NCBI RefSeq assembly: GCF_006345805.1
Contig: NC_043009.1
Span: forward strand, 72,106,001-72,170,000
DNA: 64,000 nt
Reading direction: 5' to 3'
Source of the DNA: Octopus sinensis
Taxonomy: Eukaryota
Every line of letters begins with the position of its first letter. Position 1 is the first letter of the stretch. Positions 1-13,513 of the stretch are shown here, piece by piece. Position numbers and translations under genes: made by a program. Under the pieces are notes generated by a model. It was not told the DNA's origin, ran no database searches, and worked only from the letters and a program-made list of their open reading frames with translations.

Positions 1-65
1 TCAAACTTCTTGATTTCATGGTCAGCCAAATTTATACATGCCTTAAAAGGAGATCAGTTAGATAT

Positions 66-84
66 TCTCTCTCTCTCTCTCTCT

Positions 85-119
<35 letters not shown>
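66..119. repeat. (CT)n-(TA)n compound microsatellite
   Basis: Direct reading; explains the IYIY/ERER ORF at 32-214. Confidence 0.95.
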
Positions 120-122
<3 letters not shown>

Positions 123-1913
123 AACTTCCACGGGCACACAACATAGCAGATAAAGACATTGGTTAATACAGTACAATCACCTAGAGTTTCTGAGTTCAAT
201 CCCAGGCAAGGCACTGAAGAAATTCACATTATTCAAAAGTGTCATGAAGTGCAGAGAATGGAATGAGAAAAGTGTACCCTGTGGATCAAATAAAGGGTTA
301 GGTTTGAAATTCTGGTACAACAGCCGATTTCAGCACAGGAGCCTTACAGCAGCCGAAACATAGAAAAAAACCCAGTCAAGATGGGGACACCAGTCCAAGT
401 AATGTAAATTCTTCATCACAGAAATATAGAATTATGAATTGCAATAAAAGTGTTGGAAGATTGAGGACTGCCTTTTTGGGTCTCTTTTTATCAATGTGAG
501 CCTGAAACTGAATGGTCACTATAAATTGGAAACTGTCTTTGGACAGAAATCATTTTTGATGCCATAACATCTTTGATACCTGGACAAAACCAGACAGATG
601 ATTCTTGCTTTGGGGATATCATCCTACACTTGCTTGATAATCCGATGAAATTGCACAACTGTGGTTGGTTGGGGGCTGATGGTGATTCAACCATCTTCCT
701 AGTTTATCCCCGAAATATTCCCTAGGGTTTAGATATGGATGGAGGAGTGGTAAGAGCATCACATCCACATTTTATTGCTATGGAAAATGTTGGGTGATCC
801 TGGTAACGTGCAGCCTTGGGTTACCCTGAGCTGAGAAATGGAATCTGGCAAACAAGCTAAAAGAAAAACGTGGGTGGGGAGAGAGTGCGGTCTCCAAACT
901 TGGTCAATGTAATCTTCTTGAAGAAGACTGACCTGCAAATTTAGACCAATCCCAACCCAAGTCATTATATTGGCACCTCTCCATTAGCCTCTCTATATCA
1001 CACAGGTATCATTCAACTGCTTTCCAAGTCAATGTCATATTATAACCCAATTATCAGTTCTGCTGACATTAGTGGCTCTCATCCAAGAGCAGTACACATC
1101 CTTGCTGCCACCTATTCTGGTTTATTCTCAATGTCATTTAGTCTGCTGATGTCTTCCAATGAGAATTGCAGATGACCAACAGTTCCATGACATTCTGCTG
1201 AACTTACTCTTGGCATTGTTGTTTCCTAAAACCAGCAAGAATATGAAATACTATCAGAGTGCCTATTTATTCATGGTTACCTGTGGAGGTGGGGGTGCTG
1301 GTATTAAATTGGGCTATAGATTAAGTCGACAATTCAAGAATAGGAATGGTCCAGCATACAGCTTCCTCACAGTTTCTGCCACATAAATTTTACTGGTGTG
1401 GCATTGATTGTCCCAATACAGGATTAAAAAAAAAAACGTTTACCTTAAGTGTTGCACAGTGGAATGAAATCCCAAATTCCCAAAGTTGTAAAGCATTCTT
1501 CCTAATGCCACAGTTATGTCTGCAGACATTGTTATAATTAGTAGAAGGGCCCCAGAGTCAATCAGCACAGAACTGTGTAGAAGTTAGCACCTCAAATGCA
1601 AAAGGAACCTGAGATAAGGAATAAAAAAAACCTCCAAGTGGTCAACTGTCCAGTTAGCATTAGTAATGAAATCTCTCTCTGAAATCACACCCTGCCATCT
1701 TAAAAGTAAGGAAAGGACACCTGAAACAGCATAGTTCTACATATCTTTAGAAAGAAAGGATGATTCAGGCAGGAATACCTTTCATCAAATCAGTCTACTT
1801 GATTAGAACAGGTGTGAGACCAAACAACAACAACATTACCGTCATCATCATCATCAGCAGCAGCAGCAACATCAAAAGACAGATGGCTTCTTAACAAAAA
1901 CAATTTTAATATA

Positions 1914-2102
1914 CTTTTCTACTGTAGGCATTTTGGGGGAGGGGGAAGTCAATTAGATCAACCCCAGTATGCAACTGGTACTTAATTTATCCATCCCGAA
2001 AGGATGAAAGGCAAAGTCAACCTCGGTGGAATTTGAAATCAGAATGCAATGACAGACGAAATACCGCTAAGCATTTCGCCTGGCATGCTAACATTTCTGC
2101 CA
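1914..2102 (-). mobile_element. SINE family A copy
   Basis: Reverse complement of the element at 49330-49547 and 49563-49780 (shared gcagaa..gttagca..gcgaaatgcttagcggtatttc..gagttcaaattcc..gaggtc.actttgcctttcatcc). Partial copies near 2520-2650 and 8810-8900. Confidence 0.8.
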
Positions 2103-2648
2103 AAACAATTTCAGCATAGCAAATAACAAGCGTAACTGGCAGTCAGTAGATATAAACTTGAAAGGGTTAACAGGACCCAGAATAAAAACCCCGAAGAAGT
2201 CCTACTTTACTTTATCCCATTCAAGGCAGAATTAGAGGAGGATGCTAAGTAATTTGAGTAACTTGAAGACAATGGTAGTTGTCATAGTGATTGGTAGATA
2301 TTGACTTGAAAAAGTTAAACAACTGCTGCCATGAGATAACATAAGAATGGTAAAATGTTCCAGTCACAGATGCTGTAGCAACTAGAAATTCCTCAATTCA
2401 GTTTTGATGCGGTGTTGGGTCTCAAAATAGAGAGAGAGAGTTGGTTGTGAAATAATAATCACAAGTTGAAAAATCTGTTGGGGCTATTCTTTCTGTTTTT
2501 CTCTCCCAAAAAACACCAACACCACTGAGGTCAACTTTGCCTTTCATCAGTTTGGGGTCAACATATGTACCAGTTAGATACTGGGGGTTATGTAATCGAC
2601 TTATCCCTTCCCTCAAAAATTGCTGGCCCTGTGCCAAAATTTAAAACC

Positions 2649-3600
2649 ATTATTATTGTTGTTGTTATTCACTAGTCTTATTCTTATCACATGCTTTCAC
2701 TTCACTACCGAACGCACTTCTGTGTGCCTTGGGTATGTGCTGTGGTTTGTTGTGATGCTCATATTTTCACTGTATTGAAAGTGTTTTATACCTAGGATGT
2801 ATGCGGTGCCAAGTAGTGCTATTTTCTGTATGTTATTATACTTGTTAGTCCTGGTGTTTTTGTTATGTATTTGTTTGAATATTTTTTTATCATGCCTAAT
2901 GCACCTACTATGATAGGAATTGTTTCTGTTTTTAGATTCCACATTCTAGTTACCTCTATTTCCAGGTCTTTGTATTTTGAAAGTTTCTCCATTTCTTTTA
3001 GAGACACGTTGTCATCTGCTGGTATTGATACATCAATTAGAAAGCGTTTTTTCCTGGTGACCTCTGACAACTATATTCGGTCTATCGGCCTTAATTTCTC
3101 TATCTGTGTGTATTGGCATATCCCAGAGTATGGTTGCTTTCTCATTTTCTGTGACCTTTTCTGGTGTCTGCCTATACCATCTTTTTTCTGTTGTTATTCC
3201 ATAATGTTGGCATAGCTTCCAGTGTATATAGGTCCCATTTCTATCGTGACTGTGAATATATTCCTTCTTAGCCAGGACTGGGCAGCCAGCAAAAATATGA
3301 TTTATTGTTTCTTGTCCACCTCCACATATTCTGCAGTTACTTATATTTCTTTTTATTACATGATTTTGGTGATTTCTGTTGGGAAGGCTTTAGTCTTGTA
3401 CTGCAATTTAAAACCTTTCACTCTCTGCTTTGAGTCCTGAGCTTCTCAACCATTGCTGGGATTTTGCTTTGTCTATTTCTTTTGTGTTTAGTTTAACCCA
3501 GTATTTGCCATGAAGAGGCTTTTCTTGCCATCGTTTTACCATGATCCATTGCTGTTCCAGTTTTAGTTTGGATTTCAGTTGGTTTATAGCTTTTATTATC
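2649..3600 (-). mobile_element. 5'-truncated R4/Dong-clade non-LTR retrotransposon (RT C-terminus + restriction-like endonuclease), frameshifted
   Basis: Minus-strand peptides WQEKPLHGKYW..SQQWLRSSGLKAE and FLIDVSIPADDNVSLKEMEKLSKYKDLEIEVTRMWNLKTETIPIIVGALG match R4/Dong motifs; (AAT/AAC)n on both sides. Confidence 0.85.
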
Positions 3601-6600
3601 ATTATTATTATTGTTATTATTATTATTATTATTATTATGTAAGTCAAAACCAATACTTTGAAGATACTAAGATGAAACAAAGAATTTAGAAAGCTAAAGT
3701 AATCTTGTTAGGGAGAGATTAATTTAGAAAAGAAAATTTATACCTTAAAATATTTACTAATCCAATACTTTGGGGTGAAAATACCTAAAAGAGTGATGAG
3801 ACCAGGAAAATGTGCTGGGGTTGTCGCAGTTTCAAATCTGGATGCAAACATGAAACTGTAAAGAACTCCAACACATCTCCTGTTCTCATCAGTCTCTCTT
3901 CAAACTGAATTAAAGACTAGCTTGCAGTTTTGGCATGATTTCCATGTTCGGATCTCTTGTCATCATCGACCCTTGTATGGTGGGTTTGTTTTATCATGTC
4001 ATCAATACTAGAGAAGTTGTCTTGTCCCCGAGGACTTAAGTGTCCACTCTTCTCTATGTAGTTTTTATTCATTTGTTGACCAACACCAAAAAGATTGCAC
4101 TGGCAAGACTAAACAGAGTCTCTCCCTCTTCTCGACACCATCTCCATTCAGACTTTCCACACACACACACACCCAACTCACCCCCACCGCCACTGTCTAC
4201 TCACAAAATCAATCCAAATGAACAGATTTCTGTAAGAAATGATTTCCATGTCAGCAATGTTTCTGAACTTAAAATCATATTAAGAAAAGTTGGTGCAGGA
4301 ATAACTCTGCATTTCATAGCACCAAGAAGGAAGGGTCTTTAAGTCCAAACACAGCTGAAGTTGATTCTGGCTTAATAAAATATAAGCCAGAAATAAACTG
4401 GAACTGAGGTAATTAGCTACATTCTCACATGGGGGTGGGGTGGGAGGCAGAATGAATAAATAAATAAATGAATGAATGAAGGTCTTTACCTTGAGGGGAG
4501 AGCAATATCATTAGTGAGACTATATTTCACTATGAAATGTGCAAAAAAAACCCAAAAAAAAACAGCAATATACAAGTCAAAGAGGATTCTACCATGTTGT
4601 CCTGATTTTCTTAACAAGCCACTCTCTATAACAAATTCTCTACCATCTTTGAAATACAGACCATATGTTCCTGGAACCCAAATCTTAAAGTAACATGCCA
4701 TGCCTCCAGATGCACTAATAAAGATGACCATGGCTAGAATGATGACCAAACAAGTTCTACATGGCTGAACTTGCTAGAAGTAGTAGTTAAAGCATTCCTT
4801 AATTACACCCTAATGGTAGCAAGATACATTTACAACAAAACAGAAATGATAAACAGTTATGACTTGACTACAGATTTACTCAATCAGCTGACTTTAGTAG
4901 AAATGAGCAGATTTCTTGGCAATTCCCAGAGTGAACTCATCATGTTCTGTTTTTTGTCTGTTGCACAGTGAAAGTACCAAAAACCAAATGAAGAGGAGGG
5001 TTCAGTGAGTAAGTGGCCAAAAGGTCAGCAATTACTAAACTGTCACCCTGTCACCATCCTTGGTGCTGCTTCTTTAATCCTCAAATGATGCTGGATCTTA
5101 TTCTATCAGCTGCTGAGTTAAAATTGGAAGTAAACAAACCAATACTTGTAGGCAAGAAGTAAAGAGGATAGACACAGGACACACAGACACACATAAGATG
5201 AACATCGGTTGACCCTGGGCTAGTCATGTGCTCAAGGTGCAGCGCAGTGGGGCTGAACTTGTGACGATGTGATTGCAAGTCAAACTTCTTAACCACACAG
5301 CCATTCCTGAGCAAAACAAAAAGAAAAAAGTGAAAACTCTAAAACAGCTCAATTTCTTATTTTTAGTTTTTCTTTAACAGTATAGGATTACTTTAATGGT
5401 ATCTTCTTAACACCAAAAGGGATGGTGGGTGATGTGTGTGTGTGTGGGGGGGGGTAAATAAATTTCAGCAGGGGACTAACTAAACCCCTTAACACATTTT
5501 TAGAAGATGAGTCAACAGAAAGTACAACAAATAGAAGAAAAAACTAAACAGAAACATATACACATGTAGGCACACATACACACAAGTTACCCCACCCCAC
5601 CCCCGCAAGTACTTTCACCTCAGCAGCAGCAATAAAGAAGGGAGGAGGAAGATATTAGTAAGGAAATGGGCCTTTTTTAGGTCATACACCTCAAGTTTGA
5701 AAAACTGTTAAGGAATTGGCAGCAGGAGGAGGGAAGCAGTTCTCTTTCATACCAAACATTTAGGTAACCCTTTTTTTCTTCTTCAGATATCTTTACTAAA
5801 CTGAAAACATCTTTTTGTCTGTCTACCACATCTCAACTCTACTTTCACTCCTTCTTTCTTTTCTTTTCTTTTTACCTTTCCTTCCTAATGGGGAAGAGAA
5901 AAGATGGAGGGATGAGGGCATTCCCACCCACCCCACATACATAGAATCTCCTCCTTTTTCACATTCTTTATAATCTCTTTCATCTTCCAATGGTTCACAT
6001 CTCTTTCTTCTCCTCCTCCCCCTGCCCCCTCACACCTTTAAAGTCTTTCCTGTCCACCCTCCTCAACTCTCCCCCCCCCACCACCACCAATCATCCTTTA
6101 GTATCCACTAATCCCTACACAACTCCCCCCACCCGCTTTCTTTAACTCCCATCACTTGTAATTCTTCTCTTGACTTTCCCCTTCTATCTTTTGCTATTTT
6201 CAGATCTATGTTGAAGGAACCACCACCACCACCACCACCACCACCTCGTTCTTCACCCCTGCTGCCCCTACATCTCAAATGATTCACTAACCCATCTGTA
6301 ACACAAGGCAAAGGGGGAAAACTCCATATAGTTGCTCAACTGCTAGAAATAGTAACCAAACTTCCCTCAAATCATACCCTTCATACAGTCTACAAAAAGA
6401 TAGGATTTTCATAGGTAGTACACCATGATCAAAGGTTTGTTCAATGAAAGCTGACTTACACGTAAACAACAGCAACACTTACAAACACACGGAATATTAA
6501 TGACTTATTATTATTAATTAGTCACAAAACTACACTTTCATAGAAGAAGGCAATAAGGTTTGCCAGCATGGAAGGCGGCTGTTAAACAACGATGACGATG

Positions 6601-7606
6601 ATGATATTCATGTTGGTGGAAGGGCTAAAATAAATAGTTTGACTAAAGTGAGTCTGCTTCAACCAGTGTCAATACTTTGTCTCACGACTCACAACAGGAA
6701 AGAGCAGCAAGGCTACAAAAACAACAAATTTTGGAGAAAGTGAAGAAGCCATGATATATTTGTCCAGAAGTTATTTTGTTGAACCAGGAGGAATCAGAAG
6801 TAAAGTTGATCCAGGTAGGATTTCAACTCAGAACACAAAAGAAATATTTGATAATGTAAAGAAGTCAAAATCTGTTACTATTTTGGAATACTGGCAGAGT
6901 TGTTGAAGCATTGGATAGAATGCTTTGGGGCATTCATTATTCTAGCCATCTGTTGGAATTCCGCTGAAGTCGACTGTGCCTTTTATCCTTTCAGAATCAC
7001 TAAAATAAACAGTATCATTTCTAGCAGTTGATTCTTCCTTTCTCTTTCTAAACAAAGAAACGGGTTATGTTGAGGCCTGGAGAAGGGATGGAATCTACAC
7101 AGGTTTACAATACACTAGGTACCCCATTTATCTGGATGGGATCTTTATAATTCCATCAAAAGTTCAGGGCCCAAGGAAAGAATTATTTATCCCATGTTTA
7201 GACAAGCCATGACCAGATCAGCCCTGACAAAACAGATCAATGATCAAAGACATTCCATCTATGACAATCCAGCTGGATTCCTTGTGCAGAGAGCTGAGGA
7301 CAACATTATTTAACATGTCCATTTACAAAGTGTTAGTGTGTGACTGGAAGAAGATTTAGTTGCTATTTTTAGCAGATTGAGCAACTGTGTGCAGGTTCTC
7401 TCACTCAGCCAAGTGAATGCCAATAGTGACAGAAGGTATTTGAATAAGTTACCAAATATGTTCAATATTATATGCAATACCAGGGATAAAATACAAACCT
7501 CCATCCCCGCCATCATGAAACTAGCTTTTGTTACTCATTTGCATGCAGCAACTTGAAGTCTAAATGTTTACAACTATAGATATATTATACAGGGTAACAG
7601 TACTCG

Positions 7607-7956
7607 ACTCCATTGGTCATGAATGACCATGGGTGCACCTAAGAGGTTCCCCTCTGGGCTACAAGTCTGGGCAGAAAGTTGCCTCACTGACAAACGCACA
7701 ACCTAAGGTTGTTTTTATGGAAGACCAACAGTTGCCCCTGCATACCAGTGCTCCCTTTCCACACCACCGATGTCATCCAAGGGAAAGGAAAGGGCCAATA
7801 CAGCTTGGCACTAGTGACGTTGCAACTCATTTCTACATATGAGTAAACTAGAGCAACGTAAAATAAAGTGTCTTGATGCAGCCCAGTCCGGGAATTGAAC
7901 TCACTACCTCATGATTGGGAGCCTGACACTCTAGCCACTGAGCCATGTGTCTTCAC
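7607..7956 (-). mobile_element. tRNA-derived SINE family B copy
   Basis: Diverged reverse complement of 42907-43243, with A-box tggctcagtgg and a B-box-like sequence. Confidence 0.8.
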
Positions 7957-9678
7957 ATGGTAACAGTAACTGCTAAAGATAGCAGTCATTAACTCAAGTG
8001 CCAAATGGTAGAGTTAACCCAGGTAATAGAATGCTATGGTTAATTCCAGATTATCTCAGCTGTTTACAATCAGTACCAGATTATCGGTACAAGGCTGCAG
8101 ATTGGTACAATTGTTAAAAATGAACAAAATGCCTTGTAATATTGGTTCCAGTTCTTTAATATTCTGAATTTGTTTGCAACAGATCTTGTTCTTTCTCTTT
8201 GACAATATTAATGTCACGAAGAGAGAAGACTGTTTGGGAAAACTACTGTTTTTATAAAAAATACTTTGGTCTGCACACTGAAGAGGAATTCTCCAGGTGA
8301 AAATACACTCGTAACCCTATAGAAAGAGAGAGATTAACAAGCACAGATTAAATTCAAATTAGATATGAATAGAATATGAATGGTGCAGATAAACACAGAT
8401 AGTGCCACGGCATGGTCTTGGCTGCGATGGCTGAAAAACAAACTAACAAAGATACATGCATGAGAGAGCTTGTTAGGTTCTGTTACCAAAAAGGGATGAA
8501 GTACCCAACACTTCTGGCTTTTGTCTTGGTGTTAAGAAGATGGAGAAAACGTCACTCTGACCACAAGGAAGCTTTTTACTTTGTCAACTAAACAAACACA
8601 CTGATGGACATGAAGGATTAATTATTGGGTATCTGTGATATTGTTCCCTCGGGATATCTTTCAAAGCTAATAATATTTGCAATCACCATTCCTCACAAAA
8701 ATTCTGTGGCCACCATAATTTATAATTCCATCTACCCTTAGCACAAGCAGCAGCAGCAGCAGCACTAAGAAGGTCCTTTCAAGAATCTCAACATTCTGAT
8801 TTCTTCAATTACACTGGGAGACATGACTATCAATCAATTAAATTGATCCCAGTGTGTGACCGGTCCTTTGTGGATCCCAGAAGGATGGAAACAAAGTTAA
8901 CTGAAGTGGGATTTGAAGTTAGAATGTAAAAGACCAGAACTAAATATCACAAGGAATATTCTTGGATGCTCTACCAATTTTTTAAATTCATGTCCAAGAT
9001 GTCCTCCTTGAATATTCTTATTCCAAAATGAAGATATGTTGTTTAGCCTTAAGTAGCCCCTAACAATGAAAGACATTGCTATCATGACCCTTTCTCTGTA
9101 TATTTAGTACTACAATGTACAATGTATCCTTTTTTTTTTAAATAATGTGATTTGAGAGATTTTGCTTCTATTTCTAGCAGATTGAGCAACTATGTAGATC
9201 CTTCTACAATGGTTCATTACTGAAATATATTCCATGTTAATTTGTTTCATTAGGAACAAATTAATATCAAATATATTTCATTAGAATTACTTTCTTATTT
9301 TTTAGGGAAAAAAAGTTCTTCCTTAAAAATGTATAAAGAACATTTAAGCAACTTATTATGATTATGCTTTCCAGCCTTGACCATCCCATCTTATTTAGTT
9401 TCCCAAACATTTTGCATTAAAGATGACCTAATCCAATTATTCTTTTTAAAAACAAAAACAGTAGTGTGAATTGCTGGAGATTTGACTGCTATTTCTAGAA
9501 TGTTGAATGACCATGTTGAGACTCACCTTGGGTTCACATTTTTCCATCTGTTGGGTATGGTAGCAGTAACCCTGTATAATAGGGCACTGAATGAGGGTAC
9601 CCAAGTATTAGATACATAGAGAGGTATTAATAGCACATAGAGCCCAATCTCAGCTCTGATTCAGCAAAAATCACAAAT

Positions 9679-10282
9679 GGGATCTTTTCCTTTTGAACGG
9701 CAGTTTGTAACATAATTTCTAGGTAACTAAAAAGTTTTAAACTTCGTATACTGGTAGAATGTGTTTATAAAACATTGTTTTCTCTTGGTTTTATTGAGAA
9801 AATTCTATAGTTTATAAGATATTTCGTCTGAAAATCCGAGCATTTTGGCAATTTTAACCAATCGATTACCTCCATTCAACTAAAATCATTTGCTGCGTCT
9901 AAAACTGAGACAACATCCTGTCACTAACCCTAAACCTACCCTAACCCTACATTTTTTTTTTCTTAATTGTTACGCGTGTAAAAAAAATAAAGCGTGTGTA
10001 TAAAATTATAGAATTATTTTGTTTGTTAATTGTTTAAATTATTTTCCATTGCTTTATTTTTTTTACACGCGTAACAATTAAATTAATTTAACAATTAAGA
10101 AAAAAAATGTAGGGTTAGGGTGAGGTTTAGGGTTAGTGACAGGATGTTGTCTCAGTTTTAGACGCAGCAAATGATTTTAGCTCAAAAGAGAGCATAGGAT
10201 TGGTTAAAATTCGACCAGTATACGAAGTTTTAAAGTGTTTAGTTAACTAGAAATTGTCTGTCGTTCAAAAAGAAAAGAACCC
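9679..10282. mobile_element. Palindromic (foldback) MITE, about 604 bp
   Basis: Left end gggatcttttccttttgaacggcag versus right end ctgtcgttcaaaaagaaaagaaccc; the inverted arms continue inward to about 10000-10030. Confidence 0.85.
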
Positions 10283-10294
10283 AGAAATGTTCCA

Positions 10295-10383
10295 TCTGAC
10301 GTGCAAATCGATCGTCGAAACCGGGTGTAGGGGCGAAAAACCAATCGAGCCGTCTTGTAGCTGGTTCCCTCCGAAGTTTCCCT
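10295..10383 (+). pseudogene. 28S rRNA gene fragment (89 bp)
   Basis: ctgacgtgcaaatcgatcgtc..taggggcgaaaaaccaatcgagccgtcttgtagctggttccctccgaagtttccct matches the conserved LSU core CTGACGTGCAAATCG..TAGGGGCGAAAGACTAATCGAACCATCTAGTAGCTGGTTCCCTCCGAAGTTTCCCT; flanks are not rDNA. Confidence 0.9.
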
Positions 10384-12704
10384 TTTTCTTTTTTTTTTTT
10401 TCTTTTTCCATTCAGCTTCAGTTTATCTAAGACTATATTATCCTACATGATTCTCCTTAATTAAGGCAGCAAGACGTAGTTTGAGGAGATTTGACAGCTA
10501 TTTCTAGCAAGTCGAGTGACCACACTGAGACTCCTTTGACGAGCATTTTTGGGTGCTTGTAGTCATGAATCCAGCTCCTCCCGAGTGAATAATTTACAGA
10601 AGGAAGGAGTAGTTCCATGACTTATGAACGATAAATTATGACTAAATTTTAAATAAAACCTTAACTGAATCCAGACACGACGAGCTAGAAATAATAGCCA
10701 CATAACATCACACCCAACCCTCTATAATATATATATATATAAACCGCTTTTTTTTTTTTTTTTAGAAAAACATAAACCCGGAGAAGAAGCACACTCTAAG
10801 AAGTAGAGCAGTCTAAATTAATGGTGAAGGCCGGTTTATAGGGTTACCCTGGGTTTCTCGCCATAAAGTGTGCCTTTGTAGCGTATCTTCAGACCCTAAG
10901 ACCCATTGGCCTCTTTAAAATATGAATGTATATATATATATATATATATACAAAAGGAACCTTGAGACAATGTTGAACTGGATACACTTGTCTGAGATGT
11001 TACGGTCACAGTTGGAATGTCCGAGATTACAAGCATGTTCAATCCCTTTCTCACATCAGTATCCGAGACCCTTGTGGGTAGTAAAGAAATAAGTATCTGA
11101 GGCCCAGAAAATGTTCACGAGTCCTACCCTTTCTCCTTTATACCATTAAACAACAATACTCGACGATATAAGAACGAACCAAATACTCTTACGAGGTGAA
11201 AAAAAATCACTGATGGAAAGTGAGGAGGCAAATGTTTGCTATTAATCCCATTAAGTGATAATGAAGAATTGGAACATATTCCACAGTCACAGAGTTACTG
11301 AGGGAATAATAGAATTGCTTTGGTTTGTATAAACTGTGAAACTACATATTGTGATATACCGCGATTTATTCACGTCTGTGTGTGTGTGTGTGATGGTGAG
11401 TTTGTGAAAATCTATTTGTTTGGCCCGTGAGCCAGATGTTTAATCTGTGTTGTTGTTGTCATTAGTTTGTAGGTAATACAATGGAAATCAATAGAAATTA
11501 TAAATTCACGAAAAAAGAAAAGAAATACAGGAATTCGTTTTAACAACGAAAACTGCTGCTGTAAGAAATAATGAAGAATGGTAAAGAACATAATCGACGA
11601 AGAAATGAAAGAAGGAAGACTAATTAAAAAAAAAAACCAGAAAACGAAAGATGAATGAATGAATGAACGAAGAATATAAAAACCAAAGAGGACAGAAGAA
11701 AGAAAAGAAAGCATCAAGAGTTGACGATTAAAATGTAAACAAATATTTCGATAATTATCGAAATCTAATGGAGAATTCATGTTTTTGAGGCTGGGAATTA
11801 GAATTGAACCCCGGACTCGATCCACCGAAATATCGGATACATACATATGTTGGTATTCAATAGGCATTTGTTATGTTGTTAGTATGTGGTGGGGAAAGGC
11901 ACAAACGTTCGAAATATATTTTTTCTATCCATAATAAAACAACTCTGATGATTTGTATCGCAGAAGTATTTAAAAATAACAATAAAGAATTACAAGAAGT
12001 CGAATTTATTTCGGGAATATTGTTGGTATTGGTATTAACGGATGGGATTTAAGGATGTTATGATGTTTATGCCTTCTCCAAGTACACTTGTAACAATAAG
12101 AGAGGAGAAATACTCTGAGAATCGAAGCCAAATCGTCTGCTACCTCAAGTCTGTGACATACCCTGCTTCTTTTATGAAGTGCCATAAAAGAAATGTTGTT
12201 TAATCTTAGGCATCTCTGATAGAGAAAACCCTAACCGCAAAGCATTCCACCCATGGCTATACATACAGTCATGTGGGTTACCTAGGACTACATTATGTAA
12301 TGTGTTCCTTTCTTTTTACATGACAATGGATTTGTGTGTGACGAGAGGGAGATTTGATTAGAAATCCATCAGGCCCAACGGCCAAACAGAAGGATTACAT
12401 TTTTCAAAACCCTTTCATTTCTCCAAACACAACTACTTCTTCAGTTGTGTTGGTAAAACCATTGGGAAAGGCATGAATATCAAAACATCTAATATTCTGT
12501 TTCAATAATTTTTAGGTATCATCGCTATATTGTTAACCACAATTATTAAAGACTTGGACCCGGTCCACTTCGAACACTTTACTTCTCTTCCCTAACACGG
12601 AATGAATGTCACAACATCACTATTTTCCACTCCTCCTTCTTCCTCATTATGGGTTTCATGTATTTAAAGAATCAAAACAAAAACTATAATTACATATTTT
12701 CTAG

Positions 12705-12912
12705 CAGAATCGTCAGCGCGTCGAACAAAATGCATAGCGATATATTTGTAATGGCTCTTTGCGTTCTGAGTTGAAATGTCGCCGAGATGAAGTTTACCTT
12801 TCGCCCTTTCGGGATCAATAAAATAAGACACCAATCGAATGCTAGGGTCGGTTCAATCGACTAGGACCCCGTTCCTCTTCAAATTGCTGGCCTTGTCCCA
12901 AAATTAGAAACA
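12705..12912 (+). mobile_element. SINE family A copy, diverged
   Basis: Similar to 49330-49547. Confidence 0.7.
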
Positions 12913-13270
12913 GTTATACAAATGGGAGATTCGTTTCTCAGTTGATATCGATTCATTTCTTTTATGCCGCTAAAACCAGCCAAGAAGAAAGGCATGAACA
13001 TCACACAGTCTGATCTTTCCCCTTCTTTGCAAATGCCTGTAAATGGCTCCAATAACGACCGCTTCTCCTAACCCCCAATAAGAAAAGTTATTGTTACAAC
13101 TATTGATGTAATTATATTGATCAAGCAAGATCCAAAGGATGAAGGGGGTGACTGATTTTAAACAATCTGGAAAGTTTTTTTGTTTTCTTAAACAGATTAT
13201 TAAGCTGTATGGATCTCTTCGGGATTATCTTCAAGAGATAGAAGGATAAACAGACAGAGAAGAAAAAAAC

Positions 13271-13513
<243 letters not shown>

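Noticed and set aside
430-1270. Possible ancient LINE remnant on the minus strand
   Set aside because: Only isolated motif-like words; I could not build a coherent alignment.
11412-11867. 151-aa minus-strand ORF
   Set aside because: Mostly the complement of an A/GAA-rich low-complexity tract; no recognisable domain.
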